Positions 12,731 through 25,300 of a DNA stretch of 64,000 nt are shown here, piece after piece. Made by a program: the position numbers and the translations under genes. How positions within the stretch are numbered: position 1 is the stretch's first letter; each line of letters opens with the position of its first letter. Under the pieces are notes generated by a model, which was not told the origin of the DNA, made no database searches, and saw only the letters and a list, made by a program, of their open reading frames with translations. The DNA is taken from assembly GCF_964204645.1 (NCBI RefSeq), contig NC_134025.1:11966001-12030000 (forward strand). The letters run 5' to 3'. The stretch is from Tubulanus polymorphus (taxonomy: Eukaryota > Animalia > Nemertea).

Positions 12731-14065
12731 TAGTACTACCGTAAACTGTTGGCAAGCGAAATAATACAATTAAGGGTTGCTCCGGAAATATCACGGTTTC
12801 GATTCCAAACAACTTAATTGCGACTAAATCAACCGCAACGAGTATTTTCACTTGCATTGTTGTTATAACCACAAACTACCGATTGAAACGGGGGATATGA
12901 ATAAAAGATAACCTGGAAATGAACGACTTGTACAATGTAACTCAGCTAAGGTAGAACCAGGCACGGCCGTCACGGTCCTGTTGCCCCGGCCCCGGCGCCG
13001 GTTACCCGAGTCCCTCCGTTTTCCGCGGCGCCGGCGCCCATTAGTTTACCGATAGAATTGCTATTATTGCGTACAAATTTTTATGGGGAAAATAATTGGA
13101 ACTTAACCGTTTTAAGCTTAATTGTTTTTCAATTGAAACTGGACACGATTAATTAAACCCATGATTTGTACTGGCATTTTCGCTAGTTACTGGCTATTTG
13201 ACGTTGGGATATCCCTCCTTCTAGAGAAATAGGTTAGAGGGAATTCTATGGGAATCCCCGGGTTAAAGTAAGTCAGAGGGAATCCGTTGTTGCTGGACAC
13301 GCAGAATCCGTGGATTTCCCTGATACGGACGCCACTCAATGCTGAAGACGGTGCCAGTGTTGTCATAGAACTGGTGTTGTTTATTATGGATACGTGATAT
13401 CCATATCCGGGAAATTCTGATGTGGCTGGTTTGACAATTCAATTTCAATCACGAATTCGACAGCGTTCACAAGAAATCTTTCGCTGTTCTTCATCTACAA
13501 CACTAACAGCCGCAAAAACAACGTTAGTCTATATTCCATTAATCATTGTACGTCATCATTGATTCTTTGTATGTTAGATGTAATGACATTTAGAGCCGTG
13601 GCCCGTGATGAATTTAAGGCTCACTTATGATAATAAAAGGCATTTATTATTGGAAAGATCCTGACAAGCCCCTGTGAGCCCATCTAATTAATGAGAATTT
13701 ATTAATGGGGCTCTCCCCCAAAAAATGTCAAAAATTTAGACTTATTTTAAATGACTCTTCGTCCTATTATCATTATCTATGTAAGGCCTATGGCAACTTT
13801 GAAACTATTAATATTATATATGCATTTGTTAAAAGATATTAAAAGAATTGGGGCCAGAAAAAAGGGCACTCAGATTTAAGGGTGTGATCCTCCTCATCAA
13901 AATCAGGGTGACGACCGGCAATATCTATTTCATGTACATTAATTGTTTTCAAGATAATTTATTTCTATCGGCCGATTTTTTGTTTACCAGGAGGGTATTT
14001 AATATTAAGATTGTTGTTGCAAGCATAACATTTCACTGTGAACACTTGTTTTTCAGAAAAAAATT

Positions 14066-15523
14066 ATGGCGCTTCATAGGTCTATCAAAAATATTGAGAC
14101 GCACAAGACAATGTTAACTGATCTTGTCGCTAATATCAGTAACACAACACAGGAGAGAATGGCTGAATTACAGAGTGTAGAACAAGATGTTAAACTATCT
14201 GTGGACAACATGAAAATACAACTCGATGTTTGGTATGAAGAGTACATGTCAAAGATTGGTATCAGGCGACAGGATTTGTTGGAAATCTCGAAGGATGCGC
14301 TGAAGAAGGTGACAAAATGTTTGAACAAGTTGACGATGTTTGAGTCGTCATTAGTTAACATGGAACAAAGTCAAATAGATATAGAGGACATAGAAGAGTT
14401 CACTAATGATCATATTCAGTTAGCTGTTGGAGATGTTGACGCATTGGTTGAAGCAACTCAAGTTGAAAATGTGAATATTCGATTTGAAGGTGCTCTATCA
14501 CCATCAAAATCTGTCGTCCTCGGAGAATTGGTAGGATGTGAAGAGGTCACTCCTCCGGGAGCGGTAGGAGGGGTTAGGTGTGAGACGCCAGCTGCAATAG
14601 AAACACCCAGTGAACATAAGACCTTCGTGATTTCTGAATACAGGCATAGAGATCATGACGTGGACTTGGACCATCAGTTAATAGCTTTACCAGACGGAAA
14701 TATTCTGCTCAATAATACATCAGTTGTGAATGGTCAGCTTGATGAAGTTTATACTGATACAATATTCAAAAATATGCCATCGCTTTCAGTAGTAAGACTG
14801 GATTATGAAACAAATTGTTTGTACGCTTTCTGCAAAAGTTTTGGTAAAAAAAATGTCCGCCGATATAACTTAGTAACAACAGCAACTGGGCAACAGGTTT
14901 ACAAATGTACCGGGTTTGTCCCAACACTGCCAGGAATCGGTGTCATTGATGCATGTTTCATTACAAACAACCGGTTATATATAGGTTCCAGGAAAACTGT
15001 TACATACTTCAGAATTGAACCGGTCGCTGCTGCAGCAGATCATAATAGGAGGTTTATTGATAAACAATCAAAGATGGTGATCACTGTTGATGTTACAATC
15101 AGAGATGTTATAACAACAATGAATGGAGAAATTATTCTTGTCGCTTATTGCACCAGCTACAAGAAGGGAGAAGCAGTGCTATATCACATTGCACAAGATG
15201 ATACACAACTCAGTGTTAAACATAGAATTAGCCTTAATGAAATTTGTAAGCCTAGAATTTACCGCAGTATTCATCTTTTCTGTCCAACCAGCTCGTATAT
15301 CATTTTGTTTATACGCTTAACTTCCGACAACACATCAGTTTGGCAAATGAGAGTCAATGCTGATGGTGGTCTATCGGACAAAAGTTCTCTAGGTGAAATA
15401 GACAGAAGGATAATCAGAGATATTCGGTTAAAATCCGAACCGCTCACAATCTGTGCTGCGAATTATTCGCCAGATTCGTGCCAGTATTCTTTGACAACAT
15501 ACTTGATCACGGAAGCTGATTGA
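14066..15523 (+). CDS. 485-aa protein: N-terminal coiled coil followed by a beta-rich C-terminus, like the C-terminal half of an invertebrate TRIM/NHL-type protein
   Basis: Uninterrupted 1458-nt ORF in AT-rich DNA. Heptad-like N-terminal 140 aa, a typical hinge (VNIRFEG...VLGELV), and short hydrophobic beta-strand repeats (LIALPDGNILL, FITNNRLYIG, VITTMNGEIILV). Acceptor TTTTTCAG ends at 14056, just before AAATTATGG. Confidence 0.7.
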   Translation: MALHRSIKNIETHKTMLTDLVANISNTTQERMAELQSVEQDVKLSVDNMKIQLDVWYEEYMSKIGIRRQDLLEISKDALKKVTKCLNKLTMFESSLVNMEQSQIDIEDIEEFTNDHIQLAVGDVDALVEATQVENVNIRFEGALSPSKSVVLGELVGCEEVTPPGAVGGVRCETPAAIETPSEHKTFVISEYRHRDHDVDLDHQLIALPDGNILLNNTSVVNGQLDEVYTDTIFKNMPSLSVVRLDYETNCLYAFCKSFGKKNVRRYNLVTTATGQQVYKCTGFVPTLPGIGVIDACFITNNRLYIGSRKTVTYFRIEPVAAAADHNRRFIDKQSKMVITVDVTIRDVITTMNGEIILVAYCTSYKKGEAVLYHIAQDDTQLSVKHRISLNEICKPRIYRSIHLFCPTSSYIILFIRLTSDNTSVWQMRVNADGGLSDKSSLGEIDRRIIRDIRLKSEPLTICAANYSPDSCQYSLTTYLITEAD

Positions 15524-17563
15524 TTTTGCATACATTCTTAAGATGTAGAATCTCAAATAGTCAAAACTCTGTAATTTAGTTTCAACGATCGGATATTTTA
15601 ACCAAGCCCATCCGATTTTAAAAAAAGCGTACGACCAACGATTTGGTTAATAACTAGAATTCCAATTACTGATCGCTATTTTCGGAATCGATCCCATGTC
15701 TTCGATCGTTAATAAAGATCTGTGACGTCACGTGTCGCTTATTTTAGAATCTGATTAAAATTGAACATTTCAAAGTTACTTTTAACTAAGAGAATGATAC
15801 ACTTTTGTAAACTAGTTTATAGTAATCTATCCGCCAGGAAATGAGAGACACATTTTTTAGCCCTAAATAATGAAATGTACCGAGAATGGAGAGCTACCGT
15901 GTATGATGTAAATTGTATCACTTGCAAAATAAACCAATAGAGCTGTAGTATGATGTAGTCAATGTGAAATATGAGAAACTCCTGAAAACAGCTCCTCCGT
16001 TTAGTACCTACTGATACACCGGTCACAATCCTCTCTTTAATCGTTATCTATTAAAATACTTGAGTAAGGCCCTGGCGAGAGAACGTGTCCGTGCACAAAT
16101 CCGAATGAATAAACTGAAATACCGGATGATAATATTGAAGATAATATATTTTATTTACCTTGAACCTGAGAATGATTTTCCTAATCCCTATTATATGAAT
16201 CCCTATCGTTCCGAAGCTTCTCCTGTCCTGCTGTCGACACTCGTCTTACTAAGGTACAGATTCTCCCGATTGACTGCTCTCTCAAGATGCGGGTCCCTTT
16301 TATAGAAAGAATCGGCATTCTTAAAATACCGACTCTCCCACTCGACTTTTGGCAAGGAGCAGCAACCTTACTGTCATGACTGTTTTGGTCATATAGAATT
16401 TGGCCTTAATGATTCGCTGATCTAAAATTATTTTCAAAACTGATTTGCTAAACTAACTTTTTCCTTCCAACCCTCCTGTCATGACGCGTTGTGATTTACT
16501 CACTCCTTGCTAGTCGTTGTTGAGAGAGCAGCTATTGTCTGTGAATTACCAACGAGCGCATACAGACAACAGAAACTTCAGCCAGCTAGTTTTAACATTT
16601 AACACAAATTAATTTTTCTAAAACATTAGCGATTATTAACAATTTGTTCTTAAACAACATCTAGATTGCTCAAATTAATTATCTTTTCAAAACTTTGTTT
16701 TCTTTTCTAATTACAGTACAAATTCATTGTTTCTTTTTTAATTATTATAATTAACTACGATTCGGAATACATTGTGATTGATTATCAATTCTTAAATTAT
16801 TTGAAATACTTATACTAATTATTTTATCTACAATTTAACTAATTCTATTTTCATACAGGATAAGCAAAACAACCACATCTTCCTAAACTTCCGGTTTTTC
16901 CTTTTACGGAAAGTAGCCGGGAATATCATCAAGTATCAGCGTGATCCCTTCACGAGCCTCATTATAAATACACTCCATTGTTCCGACCCAACCAAATATG
17001 GTTCCAACTATTTAAAAGTTTTATATAAAGATTTTCTGAATGTTTGCCAGATCCCACAGCAGAAGAACCGAGAAAGAATTGTTGTTTATAGACTGATTTA
17101 TGGTTGGCGTTGGTAGATGAAAGCATCAAACAAGAACTTTCGTAATTCTTACTACTAGTACGTTCTTGTCTGACGGCTTTAACGTAACCCCCACGCATAC
17201 GGAAACAACATTAAGAACATTTCTAGATACTACGAAACATTTTTCAGTTACTACGAAAATCTAGCTGTGGATCACTACGTTCCTACGTACCTGGTTTCGT
17301 ATTGCTTTCAACACGGCGATTTTAAGAGGCAATTTGGAATCGGTAAACTAACTTTTAGATACAGGTTAAATTATCATAGTTGATATGAATTATGATTAAT
17401 TCGTCATGGATTATCTGTTATCACTTAATCGGTCCCGAGTGATACGCATGACTAACAAAGAATTGTTCCCGATACTGTCTTAGAGAGCACTCAGTCAATT
17501 AGGGTGAAGTAAATAATTTTGCCTTTTCCTGTTGTTTTGCTTTATCCTGTATTATAATAGAAT

Positions 17564-19531
17564 AACATACCTCCATTTAACGCCACCCTTGGGGATTCCT
17601 GATTTTGGGGGTAAATAGAGTGTGGCGGTAAATCGGGGTTTATGTCGAGTCACTCAAATAACTAACCTATTGTCTGCTCAGTAGGCTACGATGTATATTG
17701 ATGTGATGAATAAAGAAAAAAATCTGAAAAAAAAACATCCTTTTACAATTAAAAACTTTTTACAAAATAAACATCGGGGCACATCATCAGGAAAACATCG
17801 AAGGCTAGAATAGGAATCATATAACATGCAACATTGATTTTTCATACTACGGTACCAATCGCTCTGTAGATCGATTCGTAAACCACTTAAATGTGGTATC
17901 CCACAAGGTTCCGTTTTAGGGCCTCTACTTTTTTACGTTATATATATATATTACCTATTGGAGAGATTATCTGTCAGCTTTCTACTCTGTATCATATATA
18001 TGCTGATGACCAACAGCTTTATAAGTTTGTCAATCCTAAATGCTTTGTTGAAATTTCAAGAACACTCAATATGTTAAATAAACTAGTCAGTGTCATTTTC
18101 AATTGGCTAACCATAAACAAACTCAAAGCTAACGGTGAAAAGACAGAATTTATCATACTTGGAACTCCGCATTTTAAGAGTCTTCTGCCTAATGATATTT
18201 TTCTTACTATAGATGGTGCAAAGATCTATCCATCTCAATGTATTCGTAATTAAGGCGTTTTATTTGACGATTCTTTGTCACTCGTTGACCATGTTAGTAA
18301 TGTATGTAAAGCTGCGAATTTTCACTTATATACTATTGGTAAGATACGTAACCTACTTGATGATGAATCATGTAAAACTGCTGTAAATTCTCTGGTCACA
18401 TCTCGTTTGGACTACTCAAACTCATTACTTGTTGGATCCAATAACACACTAGTTAATCGCCTACAAATAATTCAAAATAATGCTGCAAGGCTTATAACAA
18501 GAACTAGAAAGTTTGAACATATTACACCTATTTTAATGGATCTACATTGGCTGCCAATTGCAGTTCGATCAGAGTTCAAAATTCTTTTAACTGTCTATAA
18601 ATGTCTTAATGATACTGCCCCTCAGTATTTGAAATCTCTTTTAAATGTTTACACTCAATCACGACAACTTAGATCCAATTCAGTAACCAATAATCTAGTC
18701 ATATCTAAGTCAAATCGGAAATTTGGAGAGGGCTTTTAGGTGTGCGGCGCCAGCATTATGGAATGGGCTTCCTAGTCACGTTAAAACTAGTCCTACTGTT
18801 CAATCTTTTAAAACTAGTCTCAAAACTTTTCTTTTTAATCGAACATATTTGTCATAACTTCTAGTCAAGTATTCTACTTAATATGTAAATTTTTTTATAT
18901 GTGTCTCTATTTTATGTATGTTTTCTTTTTAATGTCAAGCGCAATGATTATGTTTTAGACTTGGGCTTAATAAGAAAATAAATTATATATTATTATTAAA
19001 TAGACACGCCACTGTACGCCGCCTTTAATGCAAATATCGCCGTAAATCACTGTCTTATTCCATCGTATGGAAAATAATGGTCAGCTATTTTCTATTGCGA
19101 TGGATCTTTATTCCTCCCGTTTTTCTTTTACCGTTAATTCAATTCGTTTCGGTGTCGGTGCCATCTAATGAAATAGTTTTGATAACCGTACCTTACTGGA
19201 GGGCTAGACTCGCAACAAAGTGAGGTGGTCATCGGATCGATGAAACAGGTCATCGGTATCGTTTTATGGTGGCGTATCGTAACATTATTAAAGATCAAAT
19301 TACTCATCTTTTAGAATGGTGGTAAATCGGGAAATATTGTAATACATTTGTATTAGGATTGTAATTTAAGGATTGTTTTAGGAGATTACGTTGGCGGTGG
19401 CGGTATGCGAGGGGCGGTAAATCGGGGTTTTTCCTATACATTTTAGATACGAATGTTCGGTTTCCCATGAAATCCAGGCGGTAGGCGAGGTTGGCGGTGA
19501 ATCGGGGGCGTTAAATCGAGGTATGACTGTA
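17564..19531. mobile_element. pogo/Tigger-like non-autonomous element inserted in the right arm of the previous element
   Basis: Left CATACCTCCATTTAACGCC and right GGCGTTAAATCGAGGTATGACTG|TA are inverted, with GGCGGTAAATCGGGG subterminal repeats. Confidence 0.65.
17868..18998 (+). mobile_element. 5'-truncated L2/CR1-clade LINE (reverse transcriptase C-terminal half, disrupted)
   Basis: CGIPQGSVLGPLLF, HIYADDQQLY, WLTINKLKANGEKTEFI, SLVTSRLDYSNSLL, LHWLPIAVRSEFKILL. Frameshift and in-frame TAA at 18251. Ends AATAAA-(TAT)n. Confidence 0.9.
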
Positions 19532-20602
19532 GTAAGATTATAGATGAAAAATTAGTGGAACGGTTATAAAATGATTTTAGGATTGATAATTAATCACAAT
19601 GTATTTCCGAATCAAAAGTAATATTACAAATTCAAAAAGAGAGTTTGTACCGTAATTTCTGACGAAAACAAAGTTTTGAAAATATATTTAATTTGAATAA
19701 TCTGGATGTTTTTTTAGAACAAAATGTTAATAATCGCTTAAGTTTTAGGAAAATTAATTCGTGTAAATGTTATACTAGCTTTCTGAAGTATACGACCTGT
19801 CTGTATACGACCGTTGGTAGAATAGCCGCTCTCCCAACAATGATACCAGGAGTGAGTAAATCGAAGCGCGTCATGACAGGTTGGAAGGAAAAGTTAAGTT
19901 CAGAAAATCAGTTTTCAAAATAATTTTAGATCGGCGAATCATTAGGGCTAAATTATACATGACCAAAACAGTCATGACAGTTAGGGTCCGCAGTCTTGGG
20001 AGAGCAGACTTGATGCAGACTTGTTACCAACAGGTGTGTAGGCTTTGATGGATATACCTATATATAGGGAACTAGAATTGGAATTGTTTTCTGAAATTCT
20101 GAAAACTGGAATTTATAGTGATCTTATCAAGGTGAATAAAAATATATTATCAATTATTATTCAGTCTCGGAATTTCTAGTTTTTAGTTGGGTCTGTTCTC
20201 TTGCCAGGGAAATAAGAAGATATTTCAGAGAATTGTGACCGGTGTATCACTATTTTACATACGTTTTACGAACTCCTTGAAATATTTTTCTATAATATGT
20301 TTCACCATCTACAAGGATTTCTTAGTTAGATTTATGTTTTACAGAATGAAAAACTTTCACAAAATCTGAGTAAATCTTGTAAGATTTGAGAACATATTTT
20401 CTATTCGGTGTTAACAGTAAATCTTATAAATGAATTTTAGTTCTAATGAAGACTTAGTGATAATTTCAAACTAAAGTTAAATTTCGTTTTCAATTCGCGA
20501 GAAGACGCGGTCAGTTCCTGTACATTCTCAGACAGTCGGCACAACCTCATGAATTCTTCTCAGATGCAGATTGGCCGAACTCATAACAGTTACATCGTTC
20601 AC

Positions 20603-21560
20603 ATGTCTGTGATGAACAGGTCTGGAATCTACCGTGATGTGTCTTTGATCATTCTGCCTATCTTATTCCTGTTAGGGGCCTTCGGCAATTCAGCTACTTT
20701 CCTGATAATGGTAAATCGCAGTTTATTCTACGCTTACTATCTTATCGTTTTGTCTCCTCAGTGATTTCACGTTCTGCAGTTAAACACTGATGCCTGTTTT
20801 ACAGTTTGTTCTCGTCCATCGAAACACTCAGAAAAGGTTTAGATTGTAAAATTACTCCAAACCTAAGATGAGATATTTGAATTATTTAGCAAAAGTAGTT
20901 TAAAGTGTATTTCCCTGCCAAATGAAAATGAAGATGTTTAAATTTCAAAATGTCTGACTTCAACGCCCCCTGTAGGCCAAAAAAACGAAAAAATTGTAAA
21001 AGGCATCCACCACACATGATAACCCACCTACTCTGCTATCAAATGAGCCCAGATGCCAAGCTGTAACAAAAAATGCCGTGATCGTCGAATTTTCCATGAT
21101 TGGCTGGCTGACTAACTGGTCATTCATGAAGAATTAAGCATCAGTTGTCAAATCTATGAATTTGCTAACTTTCTTGCGGCCTCCGTCAGTTCGTGGTTTG
21201 TAGTATTAATATATCTAGAATGCGCGGCAGTTGTGCTTTTTCCGTTCACATCTCGTTTGATATGTACACCGAGGTTCGCTATATTCATAATTATTGCAAT
21301 GTACTGGTCCAGAGTCCTATGTTCTCTTAATCATAACCGACCAGTCTTTCGGGTGTTACTGTGAATTATTTGACCAAATAATGGTTATAACTAACATCAA
21401 ATACTGTAATTATAGTTATGTTATTCAGAGGTTCAAAAATGGTATCGTCTGATTGGAAAACTACAAAATCAAAACGTACAACAACGCTTGTAAGAGTTTC
21501 GCTCGCATTTACAATATACACTTCCATCCACTATTGCTGTACAGAACTACAGTACTTCTT
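20603..21560 (+). pseudogene. Disrupted intronless rhodopsin-class GPCR (peptide-receptor-like invertebrate expansion type)
   Basis: TM1 ILPILFLLGAFGNSATFLIM; TM2 start YAYYLIVL interrupted by a roughly 330-bp insertion; TM3 SCQIYEFANFLAASVSSWFVVLIYLECAAVVLFPFTSRLICTPRFA (from about 21140, ER motif degraded to EC); TM6-like SKRTTTLVRVSLAFTI. Stops and deletions lie between the segments. Confidence 0.65.
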
Positions 21561-21599
21561 GAAGTATGTCGAAATAATAATACGTCGTTCGCGACGGTG

Positions 21600-22245
21600 A
21601 CTAAAGACAAGCGACCATCCTCGTCCGTTTGACCTGTAGGCATGATATCTACTAGAGACCAAGCCCATAGGTAAACGGACGCCACTCCTTTAAACATTGA
21701 CACCGGAAAGTTAGGGTCCAGCTATCGGTCTGTTACTATTATTCGTCGTAACGCGCCGACAACTCAAGTTTGCAATACCGAAATTCGTTCTTCATGAATC
21801 CGCCCCTCGACTGAAACCACCTGAACGACTATATGCGATCGAGGCGTTCTATCGCCGAGTCCCCCTTGCTCGCTAACCAGCGCTCTCCTACTACCTGTAC
21901 CGTTTTCATAATGAACTATATCAAGTTATTTGTAACATATTCCGCAACATTCGAAGTCTCGACAAGGAAGATCAATTTGAGATCCTACTTTCTTCCCATT
22001 CATTAGCTAGAAATGTAGGCAAATTTGTAGACCAAGCCGAATTCTTGCACACCCAATTCTATATCCACCTTCTTCATACATGTAAACATTCTTAGATTTG
22101 GTAACTTCTGCATGAGTCTTACTGAGTGCAATTTCTATACACCATCTTTTCTTTTGTTAATTTTCTTTTGTTAATTCTTTTTATCATCCACAATCGTGTT
22201 ATATTTCATGATGAATAAATATTGAATTGAATTAAATTGAATTAA
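21600..22245 (+). mobile_element. Degenerate LINE 3' end
   Basis: C-terminal-like peptide DQFEILLSSHSLARNVGKFVDQAE near 21970-22045, followed by AATAAA and an (ATTGA)n tail at about 22213-22245. Confidence 0.45.
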
Positions 22246-22388
22246 TCGAGTTAGGTAGATGATGTGATTTGGACATTCTCGGAGCTACCCCAACAGAACT
22301 CCAAGGTTGCACAAAATTCTGAAGGACGTCGGGTAGTTTGACAATCCGAAAACGAATCGAAATTGAGATAAACCGATAAATGAGATAA

Positions 22389-25300
22389 ATGCTGCGCAAG
22401 ATTGTCGAATACGAGCCTTCAACTTCTTCATCAGATAATGATGACGATGAACTTATTTTCCATCGCCAGCATCGACTGACGAAACATCGAATTCTTGGCC
22501 TATCATCACCGAAAGGTACGTTGTCGTTCGGTCACCACGGCACGGGACAAATGCACTCGCCAATATCACAGGGGCTTGTAAACTAGCTTGGATTTTACTG
22601 CCGGGTTGTCGATAATCTCGCGAGAATGGTGCTTAATTTAAACTGCAAATAAATTCAAAATATCACAGAATAACCTCTTGTTGATGTTGTTTATTTATCC
22701 ACTATAGAGTTCCGATAAACAATTGGCTGTTAAGGATCAGTATCAGCGGGCGCGACACCTTACTATATTAAAATAACAAGGGATGAAACGGCTTCGCTTT
22801 TGCCTGTGACCGTATTGATGCGGCGGAAACCACTGCGCATGCGCGGCAACTTCCGAGCGCTAGTGAGCTGTCAATCAAACAACAATTTATAGTTTTTCTA
22901 CATCAATTCAAAAATTGATAGTTTCCTTAGAAGTGTGATTGCCTTGGCTTGAAAGAGGTTTTTGAGAAAAATCAATTGAACTTGAACTGATCTTAACCTT
23001 TCGGAAAGTTGCCGCGCATGCGCAGTGGTTTCCGCCGCATTCAAACTTTATTTTCAATCTAAAATTAAAACTACACTAGGTGTGGGGCTTCTATTTCTTG
23101 AAATTGCTACTTGTCCTACAGTTTGGATCAGATCAATTCCAAATTTGGTATGAATATTCTATGGACCAATGCCTAAAAAGGACCAAGCCTTTTTGGATTT
23201 GGTCACCAGGAGGTACCCTTGGGTATGGGGCTTCTATTTTTTCAAATTGCACAGCAGAGCTATAAGCCGATAGGTTCCTTGTTTGTTCTCACCACCAGGG
23301 GAGTTGAATACTAAATATATACAATTGTCTTATTTATATTGGTACCATTGCTTATTATGTGATCACAATCAATTGCAAATTTATAGCTTGATATTGTCAG
23401 ATTGTTGAGCATTTCATTTTCAAACCTCTTCCCTGAGCCCCTAGTTTGAAACCTGAAAACCATATCTTTGACATGATTTATAGCAAGTTCGGCACCTTAA
23501 AATGCTAATGGGCAATGTCAGTTACCATTCAGAATAATGCCATATTGACAAAATATCCACATCCTTTTGCAATTTAGCCCTAGAACATTATGAATGTCAT
23601 CATTTGGGCGCCTAAACTGCTTTCCAACCCCTTATAATAAAACTGATTGCCTTTTGAATGATGAGTGATTTTTGAGTTTCATTAATCTTTTATAGATGAG
23701 TCAGACAGCACCTCCAACCCCCACGGGATGCGTTCGGGTTCCACTACTACTAGTGCAACAGCACACCACTGCGATAACAGCAATAACGATATGGATAATT
23801 ATTTCGGCTTAGATCTACCGCAGCTTGCCGATTCTCCGCAGTTGAATACAGCTAGTACGCTAACCAATGATGTTACGCCTAGTGATAAAACAACAGAATT
23901 TGACGTTCCATTAGTGAAGAGACGACGTACTGTTAGCAGTACTAGTGTCAAGCAAATCGAAGAAGTTATTAGAGTTGAAGTGCCGCAAACAGATTTCTGG
24001 AAAAGTGTTGACCAAGAAATGGTCAAGGAAGTCAATAAGAAAGACAATAGCACGAATCCGGTTGATGATACCGGTTCGGGGAATGAACGTCACGGACGAA
24101 GTCATCATAGAATCAATGACCTTCAGGCAAATAAATTATATGAATATGGCAAAATTCAGCCAAAAAGTAATATACCTGCTTTGGGTTCAAAATTGAGCAA
24201 GAGTTGTGATGTTTCTTTGAATTCTTCAGCTCCGAAAAAGCACATTTTTTTCGTACATCACAAAATTTCGCCCTGGCTGAGTAAGTCAAATATTCATTAT
24301 CAGGCTCCGTGGAGTGAATTGGAAAAAGTAGAAGCTCATGCCGGGGCCGTGAACCGCATTCAATGGTGCTCGCGAAAAGACTATAGCCATCTGCTGCTTT
24401 CGGCGTCGATGGATTCAACTGTTAGATTGTGGAATATGTTCAGTTCGGTCAATTGTCGATTAAGCACGTATGACCACCATTCGAAAGCCGTGAAAGACTT
24501 GACTTGGCTTCGATCGTCGAATGAATTTATTTCGTGCGGTTTTGACCGGACGGCGAAAAATGTTGATATCGAAACAGGTAGGCTATGGTTCATCACATTG
24601 ACACGTTTAATGCGTTGGAAAATGCATTATTACAAAGGATGTAAAATATTTCTTTCATTGACTTCGTCATGAGTGCACAATGTTTCATATCTCCAAGAAG
24701 ATCTCATGGATCTCATATCACCCTTGTCACATTAGTCATTACGAAACTAACTGGGCGTGTCTACTTGTAGACTTCTTAAACCAAGGGTGCCAATCAAATA
24801 GAAAACCGCTTAGGTCAGTGAAGGAAAGGATTTTAGTGAGGACCCCTGTGTCACCAGTTATCCGGCCAAGATGAAATGGTGTGTATTATGATAGGACAAC
24901 TCGGTCAAATTTCGGTTCATTTACAATTAACTTTCATCTTGCTTTTTAGCCTCACACATAGGGGCAAATCACAGATCTGAACTCAGATTGACCATTAAGA
25001 GTTCATGAGTAGGCGATTTTATGGATATTATAGGTATATGATGTTAATTGAATCTGAAAATTATTATATGGCATCATTGTCCAAATGCCCATTGATGCCA
25101 CCTCACTTGTCACAATCGGAATCTTCAACAGGCATGTATCCAGTGGGTTCTTTGTATTATTTATTCAGTTTTCAACACTACAATAATTTCCAAGCCTACA
25201 TGGTATATTTTTGGTATGATATGATTAAGCAGTGCCTAAAAATACACAGAATACCTGAAAATTAGACAAATTTTTTCAAAATTTTCTGGAGGATGATCAT

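Larger units (their letters stand above)
16017..20244. mobile_element. TA-flanked DNA element with long, diverged inverted arms (foldback/Tc1-like), hosting nested insertions
   Basis: TA|CACCGGTCACAAT ... ATTGTGACCGGTG|TA. Matching inverted blocks throughout (e.g. CTGTCATGACTGTTTTGGTCAT at 16371 vs ATGACCAAAACAGTCATGACAG at 19959). Left arm about 16017-16880; right arm split into about 17520-17563 and 19532-20244. Confidence 0.75.

Noticed and set aside
12919-12950. ATG-containing mini-exon as first coding exon of the 485-aa gene
   Set aside because: Its 32 nt splice to the 14057 acceptor out of frame with the long ORF. At most a uORF.
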